Notes: generated from the letters alone by a model not told the origin. 64,000 nt of DNA from Limnothrix sp. BL-A-16 (GCA_041937175.2 CP166615.1:2592001-2656000); one strand, 5' to 3'. Counted from the stretch's first letter, positions 19,015 through 29,442 are shown. Translations and numbers: made by a program.

Positions 19015-19181
19015 TAGGTAAGCCAAAGCTGTACAACGGGATCGCTGATCGGGAAGATTGCAGGAAATCTAAAGAAGCACCTGCAAGAGATCGAGAGGCA
19101 TCGGAGACAATGCCAAGCTGGAAAGATTCCCAGCTCGGGTTTCTGCCGCTTGGTTCTCTCTTCCTTCAACGGGTTAAAACC

Positions 19182-20543
19182 ATGACCGATCGACCTGCGC
19201 TGCTGATTCGGAACGCTCGCATCCTGTTGCCCGAAGGGGATTTCCTGCAAGGCGATGTGTGGATCGAAGGCGATCAGATTCGGCAGGTGGCTCCTGAAAT
19301 TTCCCCCGACACGATCGGGCCGATCGACCGTGAAATTGACGCAACGGGTTTGACCCTGTTGCCGGGCGCGATCGACCCTCAAGTTCATTTCCGCGAACCA
19401 GGTTTAGAGCATAAAGAGGATCTCCGAACCGCCAGCCATGCCTGTGCCAAGGGCGGTGTCACCTCCTTTTTGGAGATGCCTAACACCAAGCCCTTAACCA
19501 CCACTCAAGCCACGCTGCAAGACAAGCTCGATCGCGCGGCGAGTAAGTGCGTGGTCAACTATGGCTTTTTCATTGGAGCCACCGCCGATCGGTTGCCGGA
19601 TTTGATCACGGCGAACCCCGTTTGCGGCATCAAGATCTTTATGGGGTCAATGCATGGCCCCTTGTTGGTGGATGAGGAGCCAATCCTTGATCAAATTTTT
19701 GCGATGGGGCAACAGCCGGGACAAACGGGCTATGGGCGCTTAATTGCTGTCCATGCCGAAAACCAAGATCGGATTCGTCAGCGCCGGGAGCAATTTGCGG
19801 GCATTACCGATCCGGCAATCCATTCCCAAATTCAAGACAACCAAGCCGCGCTGGAGGCCACACAACTGGCCCTCAAGTTGGCGCGGAAGCATCGTCGGCG
19901 GCTGCACATCTTGCACATGTCCACGGGTGATGAGGCGAACCTGATGCGTCAGGACAAGCCCGAATGGGTGACCTGTGAAGTTACCCCCCAACATTTGCTG
20001 CTGGATGTGAGTGCCTACGAAACGATCGGCACTTTTGCGCAAATGAATCCCCCCCTGCGATCGCCTGAAGATTGCGCAATTTTGTGGCAGGCCCTGCTAG
20101 ATGGGGTCATTGATTTCATTGCCACTGACCACGCCCCCCACACCTTGGAAGAAAAGGCGCAACCCTATCCCAACAGTCCCAGCGGAATGCCGGGGGTGCA
20201 AACCTCCTTGCCCCTAATGCTGACCCAGGCGGCGGCGGGGCGCTGCACGGTGGCTCAGGTGGCCCGGTGGATGTCAACCAATGTGGCCAAGGGGTTTGGC
20301 ATTCCCAACAAGGGGGCGATCGCTCCCGGATTGGATGCGGATTTGGTGTTGGTGGATCTCAATCACTACCGTCCGGTGCTGCGGGAAGAAATGCTGTCCA
20401 AATGTGGTTGGAGTCCCTTTGAGGGGTGGAATCTCACGGGTTGGCCGGTTTACACGATCGTGGGCGGCCAGGTGGCCTATGAAAACGGCCAGGTTAATGA
20501 GTCGGTGCGTGGTCGGGCCTTGAGGTTTGAACCGGCGGTGTAG
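19182..20543 (+). CDS. pyrC: Dihydroorotase (amidohydrolase superfamily)
   Basis: PGAIDPQVHFREPG, EMPNT, VHAE, HILH, MNPPLR, ATDHAPH. Confidence 0.88.
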   Translation: MTDRPALLIRNARILLPEGDFLQGDVWIEGDQIRQVAPEISPDTIGPIDREIDATGLTLLPGAIDPQVHFREPGLEHKEDLRTASHACAKGGVTSFLEMPNTKPLTTTQATLQDKLDRAASKCVVNYGFFIGATADRLPDLITANPVCGIKIFMGSMHGPLLVDEEPILDQIFAMGQQPGQTGYGRLIAVHAENQDRIRQRREQFAGITDPAIHSQIQDNQAALEATQLALKLARKHRRRLHILHMSTGDEANLMRQDKPEWVTCEVTPQHLLLDVSAYETIGTFAQMNPPLRSPEDCAILWQALLDGVIDFIATDHAPHTLEEKAQPYPNSPSGMPGVQTSLPLMLTQAAAGRCTVAQVARWMSTNVAKGFGIPNKGAIAPGLDADLVLVDLNHYRPVLREEMLSKCGWSPFEGWNLTGWPVYTIVGGQVAYENGQVNESVRGRALRFEPAV

Positions 20544-20595
20544 GGCTGATCGTTAACTCGCCTAGATCCCCCATATCACCGCTGGCAGATCGTGG

Positions 20596-20703
20596 CAGAT
20601 CGTGAAAGACAAGGGGCTTCAGCCCCTTGTTCTGCATCACATAGGCCCCCACCAACACCGTTACCACAGATCATGAAAGGCAAGGGGCTTAAGCCCCTTG
20701 TTC
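20596..20703. repeat. Two 37-bp direct repeats, each containing the palindrome CAAGGGGCTT(A/C)AGCCCCTTG (REP-like)
   Basis: 20596-20632 and 20667-20703, between convergent genes; same palindrome recurs at 62912-62931. Confidence 0.75.
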
Positions 20704-20740
20704 CGGCGATGGGGCTATGGACAATCAGCCGTAGAAGCAC

Positions 20741-21391
20741 CTAGGGCGTGGGGCGGCCCAGAAACCATTCCAGCCGCAGGGCCGTTTGGTCATCGTCGGG
20801 GGCAAATTGGCTCAGGGGTTCTTGGCGACCCAGATTCGATCGCAACTGGGTGGCCGCCCAACTGCTGGGCCGCGTGCGATCGCCCTGGCGACCAAACAGC
20901 CATAGGTTCGATCGCCCGCTGTCTTCGGTGCTGATTCCTTGGGCATAGCGAGCCTGCTGCTCGGTTTTGGCCCCAGCACTCAGCAGCAACACAGACTCCC
21001 CTTCGGGCCCGTAGTAGACTTCCAATCCGTCCCCTGGATCCACGATTGGCGGGATTTCTTCGGGGCCCCCTAGCCCATATTCCACCCATTGCTGGCAAGT
21101 GGCTAGCTCACTGTAGGGCAACTCAAGCTGCGCCAACATGGGCAAAATGGCCGCGTGATCGCACTCCAAATCGCCCGCCGCCGTCAGGTCTTGGGCCTTA
21201 CCTTCGGGGAGCGGTGGCGTTTGGCTGGCCACGCGCTGGGCCAGCACCAGCACCAACAGCCCCGTCAACAAAGCAATAGCACTCGATCGCCGCCAGGCCT
21301 TCCTCAGCCAGGTTCCTGCAATCCCAACTTGCCAAACTCCAACTTTCCAGGTGTTGATCGGCGGCTGGTGTTCCATGATCCGATCCATCAT
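20741..21391 (-). CDS. Hypothetical exported protein
   Basis: 216-aa ORF with signal-like segment RRSSAIALLTGLLVLVLAQRVAS; start uncertain. Confidence 0.55.
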   Translation of the reverse strand: MMDRIMEHQPPINTWKVGVWQVGIAGTWLRKAWRRSSAIALLTGLLVLVLAQRVASQTPPLPEGKAQDLTAAGDLECDHAAILPMLAQLELPYSELATCQQWVEYGLGGPEEIPPIVDPGDGLEVYYGPEGESVLLLSAGAKTEQQARYAQGISTEDSGRSNLWLFGRQGDRTRPSSWAATQLRSNLGRQEPLSQFAPDDDQTALRLEWFLGRPTP

Positions 21392-21776
21392 CCCTGCCCT
21401 CCTACGAACCTAAGTGGCTCTCGGATGCGGGTTCGATCGCCCGGCCCAGGGCCAAAAGGCGTGAACCCGCAAGCGCGTTGGTCTCTGTGAATGGGGAGGG
21501 GCCGGCTTGGAGGTGTGTGAAGCGATCAACCCGAAACCAACCCCATTCCTTTTGATCCTAAAGATCACTAGGCACGGTGGTTTCGAGTATGACGCGATCG
21601 ATATTGAACGTTATGCAACGCCATCAGTTGCAACGCCATGTAACAATTAACACCCTGCATTGATCGCAGGATTTCAGGTTCGCTTTGACTGGTTTTGCAG
21701 CTTGTTTTTAATGCCTAAAACCAGACTAGAATTCAACCTCTAACCTGGTTCTAATACTCTCCAAGCCAGCGGCTGA

Positions 21777-22322
21777 CTAGGGAACCTGAACCACCGTTTG
21801 GGCTTCCACCCGTTGACCATTGGCATACAAATCCTGATGGTCATTCGTATTCAAGGTCACCTGGATTTGGTTGCTGCCACTCGGCAGAGATTCCAAGTAA
21901 TACCAGTTGCCATAGAGCCGAGTGAGTTTACGCCCGTTGAGGTACAGATGCGCGTGACCTTGGTTCCAAGCACCGGGTTGGTTAATTTGCTCCGGGGCAA
22001 ATCGAAAATTTTGAACCGTGAGTTGCAGGTTCCAGCCCTGTTTGGGATCCGGCAATACGGCGAGGCTGACGGTGGGGATTGGCTGACCGGCAGGAATATC
22101 AAAACGACCGTGCTGATGCTCGCCGCCATGACCACTGCCATCGTGGGGGCTATGCGGGCTGGCTGAAGGGCTAGCCGGGGGGCTGGATGGGTGATGGTGA
22201 TGATTGCCATCGGCCCGGGCTGGCTGGTAAATCGATTGGGCGATCGGGCTGAGGAGCGTCACCGCCAGAGTCAAGCCAACCGATCGCAAGGAAACACGAG
22301 AGCGGGACAACTTCAGTGGCAT
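21777..22322 (-). CDS. His-rich exported protein, putative metal-binding
   Basis: Signal peptide ending PARA; HHHH...HSPHDGSGHGGEHQH; GHAHLYLNG and NTNDH motifs. Confidence 0.75.
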   Translation of the reverse strand: MPLKLSRSRVSLRSVGLTLAVTLLSPIAQSIYQPARADGNHHHHPSSPPASPSASPHSPHDGSGHGGEHQHGRFDIPAGQPIPTVSLAVLPDPKQGWNLQLTVQNFRFAPEQINQPGAWNQGHAHLYLNGRKLTRLYGNWYYLESLPSGSNQIQVTLNTNDHQDLYANGQRVEAQTVVQVP

Positions 22323-22502
22323 AGCAAGCGAAGAGTAGTTTGGGGATTCAGAAGCAATTGTGAACCGGCGACCAACCTTCTTCAGGCGGATGGTGGGGTG
22401 AGGCGCGCGCAACCGAAAAACTCAGCAAACAACCCAACCAACCGCTCAACGCATTAATTCAGCGCATCAATCAAAAGAACACAGACGATCTCACTGGCAG
22501 CT

Positions 22503-23444
22503 TTAGCCGATCGCCATGGAACTGCTCTGCTGGAGTTGGCGCAGGGCCGTTAAAGCCGTCTGGAAAGCCCCCCAATCGCCACAGTCATAGAAACAACGGA
22601 CAGCACATTCCAAGTCATGAATTGCCGCTTGATGACAATGCATTTGTTGGTGAAGCTGACTGCGGGCCATGTAGGACAAACCGTTCATGGGAGCCAGGGC
22701 GATCGCCCGGTCAAAACTGCCGATCGCCTCCGTGGAACGCCCCAAAGCCTGTAACACCAAACCGCGCAGATGAAAGCCATTGGCTTGCTGGGGGCCGTAG
22801 CGCAAACTGCGATCGAGATCGGCTAAGGCTTGGGGCCGATCACCCTGATCCAGCCAGGTAATCGCCCGGTCGTAATACACCTGAGCGAGGCGATCGAGTG
22901 ATTCATGGCCGAATTGCAGAATGGCCCGGTTGAAATCTTTGATCGCCTCGCGCCCCTGCTGTTGTTCAGCCATCACCAGCCCGTGGTTATACCAAGCTCG
23001 CCCATCCAAGGGATGTTGATGCAGCACCGCTTCAAAATCCTGGGTGGCGGCGGCCCGGTTTTGTTGCCCGCGATAGGCCAAACCACGGTTCAGGTATGCA
23101 TCCGCAAGCTGGGGGTTGAGTTCCAGCGCCGTTGTGCAGTCCCCGATCGCGGCCGCCCAGTCAGCGAGCGCCAGCCAGGTCAGGCAACGGTTGTGGTGGG
23201 CCCGGGCTTGCCGATGGGCATCCGAGGTTCGATCGGCAGCGATCGCGAAGGCCGCTAGCGCATCCGCATAATCACCACGGCTAAAAGCTGATGCACCCAG
23301 CGCCATCGGGTCTTGGGGACTAGAAACCGGAACACTAGCCGGAGTCAGTCGGGATGGCCAATAGATAGTGGCTGCGAGGCCCCAAACAACCACGCTCAGC
23401 AGCAGCGCGATCGCCCAGCGCCCGGATCGATCGGGTTCGGACAT
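22503..23444 (-). CDS. Tetratricopeptide repeat protein with N-terminal TM/signal
   Basis: Repeated A(Y/W)xNRG...A..DF..A TPR units; start uncertain (23444 or 23486). Confidence 0.85.
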   Translation of the reverse strand: MSEPDRSGRWAIALLLSVVVWGLAATIYWPSRLTPASVPVSSPQDPMALGASAFSRGDYADALAAFAIAADRTSDAHRQARAHHNRCLTWLALADWAAAIGDCTTALELNPQLADAYLNRGLAYRGQQNRAAATQDFEAVLHQHPLDGRAWYNHGLVMAEQQQGREAIKDFNRAILQFGHESLDRLAQVYYDRAITWLDQGDRPQALADLDRSLRYGPQQANGFHLRGLVLQALGRSTEAIGSFDRAIALAPMNGLSYMARSQLHQQMHCHQAAIHDLECAVRCFYDCGDWGAFQTALTALRQLQQSSSMAIG

Positions 23445-23596
23445 AGGGTCGGAGGCCTGTTGAATGACCAAAAGGCAATTCAACACTCGGGTTCAATTGG
23501 GTGGGTTAGCCATCAGGAACAGCGCCAGGGCTGCCCAGCGCTCAAAACCGGTCAAGGCATCTGTGGAGGAATGTTGCCTTGACCGGCTTGCATGAC

Positions 23597-23926
23597 TTAC
23601 CAACCGGCTTCTGACTTGGACAGCACGAAGGAGGCCACATCTTGAATATCTTCGTCCGTCAGCTTGCCCTTGAAGGCCGGCATCGCACCTTTACCGTTGG
23701 TGACCTGCTTCACGATCGCCTCGATCGAGTTCATGCCGTATTTTTCCAAGGCATCCTTCTTCAAGGTCTTGTCTGCCATCACCACGTTACGGCCACCCGC
23801 ATGACAAGCGGCGCAGTTGGCGTTAAAGATTTTGGCTCCATTGGCCACATCAGCCGCATGGGCAGCGCCCGCAAAGCTCAACCAAGCAGCAACCAGAGCG
23901 ATCGCCCAAGATACAAACCGTTTCAT
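23597..23926 (-). CDS. petJ: Cytochrome c6
   Basis: Signal peptide ending [35 protein letters not shown]. Confidence 0.95.
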   Translation of the reverse strand: MKRFVSWAIALVAAWLSFAGAAHAADVANGAKIFNANCAACHAGGRNVVMADKTLKKDALEKYGMNSIEAIVKQVTNGKGAMPAFKGKLTDEDIQDVASFVLSKSEAGW

Positions 23927-24073
23927 TGTCCTTGATCCTGTCAGTCAGTACTGAAGCGATGAAAAGCTTCAGACCCATTTAGTTCAGATCTGCCCAAGCC
24001 TGTCAAGCCCAGTATTAGTCAAGGTTTGGCAATGGTTTGCAATAATTTTTTAAAATGCTGAACCGAGACACAA

Positions 24074-25027
24074 TCAAGCCGCGTAAAGGCTTTTAATCCA
24101 TTCCCATTCCTGCTCAAGACCCTTGCGAATCGTGACTTGAGGGTCATAGCCCAAAAGATTGCGAGCCTTGGTCACATCGGCGGAGGTGTGACGAGCATCC
24201 CCGATCGCCCGATCCTGATAATCGCGCGCGATCGGGTGGCCCACAATGGCCTCCATTTGATCCAGCACCTCCGTCAGCACCACGCGACTGCCGCCACCGA
24301 TGTTGAAAATTTCCCCGATCGCCGCTGGAACCACCGCCGCCGCCAAATTCGCCGCCACCGCATCGCTGACATAGGTAAAATCGCGGGTCTGTTGCCCATC
24401 CCCATAAATGGGAATTGCCTGATGGGCGATCGCCGCCTTAAAGAACTTGTGAAACGCCATGTCTGGCCGCTGTCGGGGCCCATAAACCGTGAAGTAGCGC
24501 AGGGCCACAAACGGCACCCCAAAATTGTTGCAATAGAGCCGCCCGAGCTGTTCGGCCGCTAATTTCGTAATCCCATAGGGCGACACGGGCTTGGGACAGA
24601 CCAACTCACTGGTGGGAAAGGTCTCCGCATCGCCATAAATAGACGACGTGGATGCATAGACCAACCGTTGCAAATTCGGGGCCTGCTTCGCGGCTTCCAA
24701 GAGGCGCTGGGTCGCCGTGATGTTGCGATCGGTGTAGTCCTGGAACCCAGTTCCCCAACTGGCCCGCACCCCCGCCTGGGCCGCCTGGTGATAAACCACA
24801 TCCGCTTCCGCCAGCAGGGGGGCCCAGTCAATGGCTCGTAAATCCACCTCCAGCAGTTGGAATTGGCCATGATCCAACAGGGGCGCAACGTTTTGCCGCT
24901 TTAGGGCCGGGTCGTAATAGTCATTGAAATGATCAATGCCAATGACCCGATCGCCTCGCAGTAACAGCGTTTCCGCCAGGTGGGAGCCAATGAAGCCGGC
25001 CGCGCCGGTCACGATGCTGGTAGTCAT
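24074..25027 (-). CDS. NAD-dependent nucleotide-sugar epimerase/dehydratase
   Basis: TGAAGFIGSH, HQAAQAGVR, SPYGITK, RYFTVYGPRQRPDM. Confidence 0.92.
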   Translation of the reverse strand: MTTSIVTGAAGFIGSHLAETLLLRGDRVIGIDHFNDYYDPALKRQNVAPLLDHGQFQLLEVDLRAIDWAPLLAEADVVYHQAAQAGVRASWGTGFQDYTDRNITATQRLLEAAKQAPNLQRLVYASTSSIYGDAETFPTSELVCPKPVSPYGITKLAAEQLGRLYCNNFGVPFVALRYFTVYGPRQRPDMAFHKFFKAAIAHQAIPIYGDGQQTRDFTYVSDAVAANLAAAVVPAAIGEIFNIGGGSRVVLTEVLDQMEAIVGHPIARDYQDRAIGDARHTSADVTKARNLLGYDPQVTIRKGLEQEWEWIKSLYAA

Positions 25028-25333
25028 GGGGAGTTCAGAAATCGCCGTTTTGCAATCGTTGAGGGGAAATTGGCGCGATCGCCCAATCGCTGGTCTAGGT
25101 TTAGCCCAAGTTTTGGCCCTTCGCCTAGCCCAGTCTAGGAAGTTTTGCACCCAAACGTGGAAACAACCAACCCGGAAATGGTCGTTGATGATCGGCGATC
25201 GACCGCGATTGAGTCGAAATTGGACAAGATCCAGCCTCCCAGCGGGGATCGGTGGTGAGAGGAGCGGACGTGCGATATTCTGAGATACTGGCTCCTGGCC
25301 GAGTTCTGTTCACAACTGCGGGTTAAAGATTCT

Positions 25334-26692
25334 GTGAAGGTTTTAGTGGTTGGCAATGGTGGCCGTGAACACACGATCGCCCACATGTTGTTGAAGTCGG
25401 AACAGATGGAGCGGGTCTTTTGTATTCCCGGAAATGGGGGAACGGCCCTGAATCCCCGTTGCCAAAACTTTGCCTTCGCTGCAACTGATTTTGAAGCGAT
25501 CGCTCGCGTTGCCCAAACCCAAGGAGTCTCCCTGGTGGTGGTGGGCCCCGAAGCGCCCTTAGCCGTCGGGATTGTGGACTTTTTGCGCGGGCGACAAATT
25601 CCCGTGTTTGGCCCCACCCAAGCGGGGGCCCAAATCGAAGCAAGCAAGTCCTGGGCCAAAACGCTCATGGCCGAAGCGGGTGTGCCCACGGCCCAGTCCG
25701 CCACCTTCACGGAGCTGGCCCCCGCCCGCGACTATTTGCAGCAAACCGGGGCCCCGATCGTGGTGAAGGCCGATGGTCTGGCGGCGGGCAAAGGTGTAAC
25801 CGTAGCCATGACCCTGGATCAGGCCCTCAAGGCAGTGGAGTCCATCTTTGGCGGCCAATTCGGCTCCGCTGGCTCCAGCGTGGTGATCGAAGAATTTATG
25901 GAAGGGCGGGAAGTATCCGTTCTGGCCCTGACCGATGGCAAAGCCGTGCGCCCTCTGATTCCCGCCCAAGACCATAAACGAATTGGCGAGGGAGACACCG
26001 GCCCCAACACGGGCGGCATGGGAACCTATGCCCCGGCTCCCTTGGTTACGCCGGATCTGATGGCGCGCATTGAAACGGAAGTGTTGCAGCCCACGGTGCG
26101 GGCCCTGGCGGCACGCGGCATTGATTACCGAGGGGTTTTGTATGCGGGGTTGATGATCACGCCTGAGGGGAATCCCAAGGTGGTGGAATTTAACTGCCGT
26201 TTTGGCGACCCGGAAACCCAGGTGGTGTTGCCGCTGCTGGAAACGCCGCTCCATGAGCTGATGCTGGCCTGTGTGGAACAGCGGTTGGCCCAGTTTCCCC
26301 CGATCGCCTGGAAATCGGGCGTGGCCGGCTGTGTGGTGGTGGCCGCCCAAGGCTATCCGGGTAGTTTTGCCAAGGGTACCCCGATCGCGGGTTTGGCAGA
26401 GGCGGAAGCGGTGGGATCCATGGTGTTTCACGCGGGAACGCGCCTGGTGCGATCGAGCGGCAACACTGATCGACTGGTCAGCGATGGAGGGCGAGTCCTA
26501 GGGGTTACGGCGATCGGGGCAGATTTTGACGAAGCCTTCGGAACCGTCTACCGGGCGATCGAGACCATTGACTACGCCGACAAAACCTATCGTCGCGACA
26601 TTGGCTATCAAGTGCGTCAACAACCTTGGGAAACCCTGCCCTCGCCCGGTGTCGTCGCCGCCAGTGACCCTATGCCCACCGAAGCCCCTTAA
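25334..26692 (+). CDS. purD: Phosphoribosylamine--glycine ligase
   Basis: KVLVVGNGGREH, GPEAPL, KADGLAAGKGV, QDHKR..EGDTGPNTGGMG, EFNCRFGDPE. Confidence 0.97.
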   Translation: MKVLVVGNGGREHTIAHMLLKSEQMERVFCIPGNGGTALNPRCQNFAFAATDFEAIARVAQTQGVSLVVVGPEAPLAVGIVDFLRGRQIPVFGPTQAGAQIEASKSWAKTLMAEAGVPTAQSATFTELAPARDYLQQTGAPIVVKADGLAAGKGVTVAMTLDQALKAVESIFGGQFGSAGSSVVIEEFMEGREVSVLALTDGKAVRPLIPAQDHKRIGEGDTGPNTGGMGTYAPAPLVTPDLMARIETEVLQPTVRALAARGIDYRGVLYAGLMITPEGNPKVVEFNCRFGDPETQVVLPLLETPLHELMLACVEQRLAQFPPIAWKSGVAGCVVVAAQGYPGSFAKGTPIAGLAEAEAVGSMVFHAGTRLVRSSGNTDRLVSDGGRVLGVTAIGADFDEAFGTVYRAIETIDYADKTYRRDIGYQVRQQPWETLPSPGVVAASDPMPTEAP

Positions 26693-26723
26693 GATCGAAT
26701 CAATCTGCACGCTCCCCGAGACC

Positions 26724-28871
26724 ATGCTTGAGGCGATCGTTACGTTGCGGCAAATCCTGCGTCGCTGGTGGTCAGAATTCACCCTCCAAACCCGATTGAT
26801 GGCGGTGGCAACCCTCGTGGTGTCTCTGCTGACCAGCGGGTTAACCTTTTGGGCCGTCAACACCATCCAGCAGGATGCCCGGCTCAACGACACCCGATTC
26901 GGGCGGGATTTGGGGCTGCTCTTGGCCGCCAACACTGCGCCCCTGGTGGCAGAACAAGACTTGGGCGGCTTGGCTGGCTTCTCGCGCCGGTTTTATAACA
27001 GCACCTCCAGCGTTCGGTATTTGCTCTATGCCGACGTGGACGGGGATATCTTCTACGGCATTCCCTTTTCCGATACGGAGGTGAAGAACTCCCTAACCCT
27101 GCGTCGTCGGATTCAGTTGCCGCCGGACTATGCGGCCGATCTCGATCGCCCCTTGGTGCGTCAACACCTCACCCCTAACGGTCAAGTTACGGATGTGTTT
27201 GTGCCCCTCACCCATGAGGGTCAATACTTGGGGGTGTTGGCTGTGGGCACCAATCCCAATCCGACGGTGGTGGCCTCGTCGGGCCTGACCCGCGACGTGA
27301 CAATCGCCGTGTTTGTATCGATTTGGGTGATGGTGATTTTGGGGGCTGTGTTTAATGCCCTCACCATCACCAAGCCGATTAAGGAATTGCTGATCGGTGT
27401 CAAAAACATCGCCTCTGGGGATTTTAAGCAGCGAATTACCCTGCCGTTTGGCGGCGAACTCGGGGAGCTAATTGCCAGTTTTAACGACATGGCGGAGCGC
27501 CTGGAGCGCTATGAAGAACAGAATATTGAAGAGCTAACGGCCAGCAAGGCCAAGCTCGAAACCCTAATCGCCACGATCGTCGATGGGGCCCTGCTGTTGG
27601 ATACGGATCTGCGCGTGGTGTTGGTGAATCCCACGGCCCGACAGATTTTTGGCTGGGATCGCGAAACGGACGGCCAGCCGATCATTGGCAAAAATGTGCT
27701 CTATGAGTTTCCACCCGAGGTGCAGGTGAAGCTCACGCGCCCGCTCTACCAGTTGGCGGAAGGCAAGGCCGACGAGGGCGAAGAGTTTCGCATTACCCTG
27801 ATGGAACCGGTAAAGCGGACAGTGCGCATTTTGCTGTCGCCAGTGCTGTCCCAACGGGCAATCGGGGATGGGCACCTGTGCGACACTTGCGAGCACCATC
27901 AGCAGGATCAGTGCAGCGATGCCCAACGGCCCCTCGCCAGGGAATGTAATCTCTATGCCGATCAAGACGGTGAGGCCCCGGGCGATCGCTACCGTGAAAG
28001 CATCCGAGGGATTGCCGTCACGGTGCAGGACATTACTCGGGAAGTGGAGCTAAACGAGGCTAAAAGCCAATTCATCAGCAACGTTTCCCACGAACTACGC
28101 ACGCCGTTGTTTAACATCAAGTCCTTCATTGAAACGCTCCATGACTATGGCGATGATCTGTCGCCGGAACAGCAACGGGAGTTTTTGGACACCGCCAATC
28201 GTGAAACCGATCGCCTCACCCGGTTGGTGAATGACGTGTTGGATCTCTCTCGGTTGGAATCCAGCCGCAGTTACACGTTTGACGCGATCGACCTGGTACA
28301 GCCGATCGAACAAACCCTGCGCACCTACCAGCTCAATGCTCGCGACAAGGGAATCGAACTGACCCAAGAGCTGGCCCCCAACCTGCCGCCCGTTTTGGGT
28401 AACTATGATCTGTTGCTGCAAGTGTTCGCCAACTTAGTGGGCAATGCCCTGAAATTTACCCCCAAGGGCGGCCAGGTGGCGATCCGAGCCTATATTCCCC
28501 AAGACCCCGCCGTTCAACCGGCCCTCTGGGATACCTGCCCGGTGAATGCGGCAACCGGCCCAGCCAAATCCCAGTCCGAGGTGGTGAGCGTGGTGCGGGT
28601 GGAAGTGGCCGACACCGGCATTGGCATTGGCCCCGAAGATTGCCATGCCATTTTCGATCGGTTCTATCGGGTCGAAAACCGGGTGCATACCCTCGAAGGC
28701 ACGGGGTTGGGCCTGTCGATCGTCCGTAACATCATTGACAAGCACCAAAGCAGCGTCAAATTGATCAGCGAAGTGGGCGTAGGGACGATTTTTTGGTTTG
28801 ACTTGTTGATTTATCGGGATGGGTTAACCCTGCCGGAACCCATGCCCGTGGTTTCCAGCACCCTGGGTTAG
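26724..28871 (+). CDS. nblS: Sensor histidine kinase NblS/Hik33 (TM-HAMP-PAS-HisKA-HATPase)
   Basis: WWSEFTLQTRLMAVATLVVS, DARLNDTRFGRDLGLLLA, FISNVSHELRTPLFNIKSFIETL, RVENRVHTLEGTGLGL. Confidence 0.93.
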   Translation: MLEAIVTLRQILRRWWSEFTLQTRLMAVATLVVSLLTSGLTFWAVNTIQQDARLNDTRFGRDLGLLLAANTAPLVAEQDLGGLAGFSRRFYNSTSSVRYLLYADVDGDIFYGIPFSDTEVKNSLTLRRRIQLPPDYAADLDRPLVRQHLTPNGQVTDVFVPLTHEGQYLGVLAVGTNPNPTVVASSGLTRDVTIAVFVSIWVMVILGAVFNALTITKPIKELLIGVKNIASGDFKQRITLPFGGELGELIASFNDMAERLERYEEQNIEELTASKAKLETLIATIVDGALLLDTDLRVVLVNPTARQIFGWDRETDGQPIIGKNVLYEFPPEVQVKLTRPLYQLAEGKADEGEEFRITLMEPVKRTVRILLSPVLSQRAIGDGHLCDTCEHHQQDQCSDAQRPLARECNLYADQDGEAPGDRYRESIRGIAVTVQDITREVELNEAKSQFISNVSHELRTPLFNIKSFIETLHDYGDDLSPEQQREFLDTANRETDRLTRLVNDVLDLSRLESSRSYTFDAIDLVQPIEQTLRTYQLNARDKGIELTQELAPNLPPVLGNYDLLLQVFANLVGNALKFTPKGGQVAIRAYIPQDPAVQPALWDTCPVNAATGPAKSQSEVVSVVRVEVADTGIGIGPEDCHAIFDRFYRVENRVHTLEGTGLGLSIVRNIIDKHQSSVKLISEVGVGTIFWFDLLIYRDGLTLPEPMPVVSSTLG

Positions 28872-29037
28872 GCCCTGGGGCAATCTTGGGGCGAGTCGGG
28901 CGGCGATCGCGACTGATCCGCATCCCACAAGGGTCGATCGCCCGTGTTAGCCTAACGATGATTGGCGGGGCTACTCAGTCCGAGCGTCAGCCCGAGCTGT
29001 TGATGAACCCTGGTAGGCATACGGAGTCGATCGTCCG

Positions 29038-29376
29038 ATGGATGGAAATAACTGGCTGCAACAACTGCTGACCATTGGTTTGGGAACAACGGCCATTGTT
29101 GCAGAACGCCTCAAGGAAGCCAGCGATGAATGGGTTCGCAGCGGCCGCTTGGATCCAGAACAGGCCCGCAAGGTGGTGGATGACCTGATGCAGCGTTTGC
29201 AGTCCGGCGGCAATCCCTCCCCCAGCGAAAGTTTTGATTCCCTGATTCAGCAGCAGTTTCGGAAGGTGATGAAGGATTTTGGTGTGCCCGATCGCTCAGA
29301 GGTAGACGAACTGCGCGGCCGGATCGATCGGCTAGAGCGCCAAGTGCGCGACCTGGAAAATCGACTGTGGCGTTAG
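29038..29376 (+). CDS. Phasin-like / conserved small coiled-coil protein
   Basis: WLQQLLTIGLGTT...DEWVRSGRL...GVPDRSEVDELRGRIDRLE. Confidence 0.7.
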   Translation: MDGNNWLQQLLTIGLGTTAIVAERLKEASDEWVRSGRLDPEQARKVVDDLMQRLQSGGNPSPSESFDSLIQQQFRKVMKDFGVPDRSEVDELRGRIDRLERQVRDLENRLWR

Positions 29377-29442
29377 GGCGATCGCTCGTTAGGATCAAGA
29401 ACGACCCACTTTGCTCGCAGATTGATCGAGGAGACTAGACCC

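Noticed and set aside
20596..20703. Possible minimal CRISPR array (37-bp repeats, 34-bp spacer)
   Set aside because: Only two imperfect repeats, no cas genes or leader, no typical GAAAC/ATTGAAA end, and the core palindrome occurs alone elsewhere, as expected for a REP-like element.
25559..26431. 290-aa minus-strand ORF
   Set aside because: Antisense shadow of purD.
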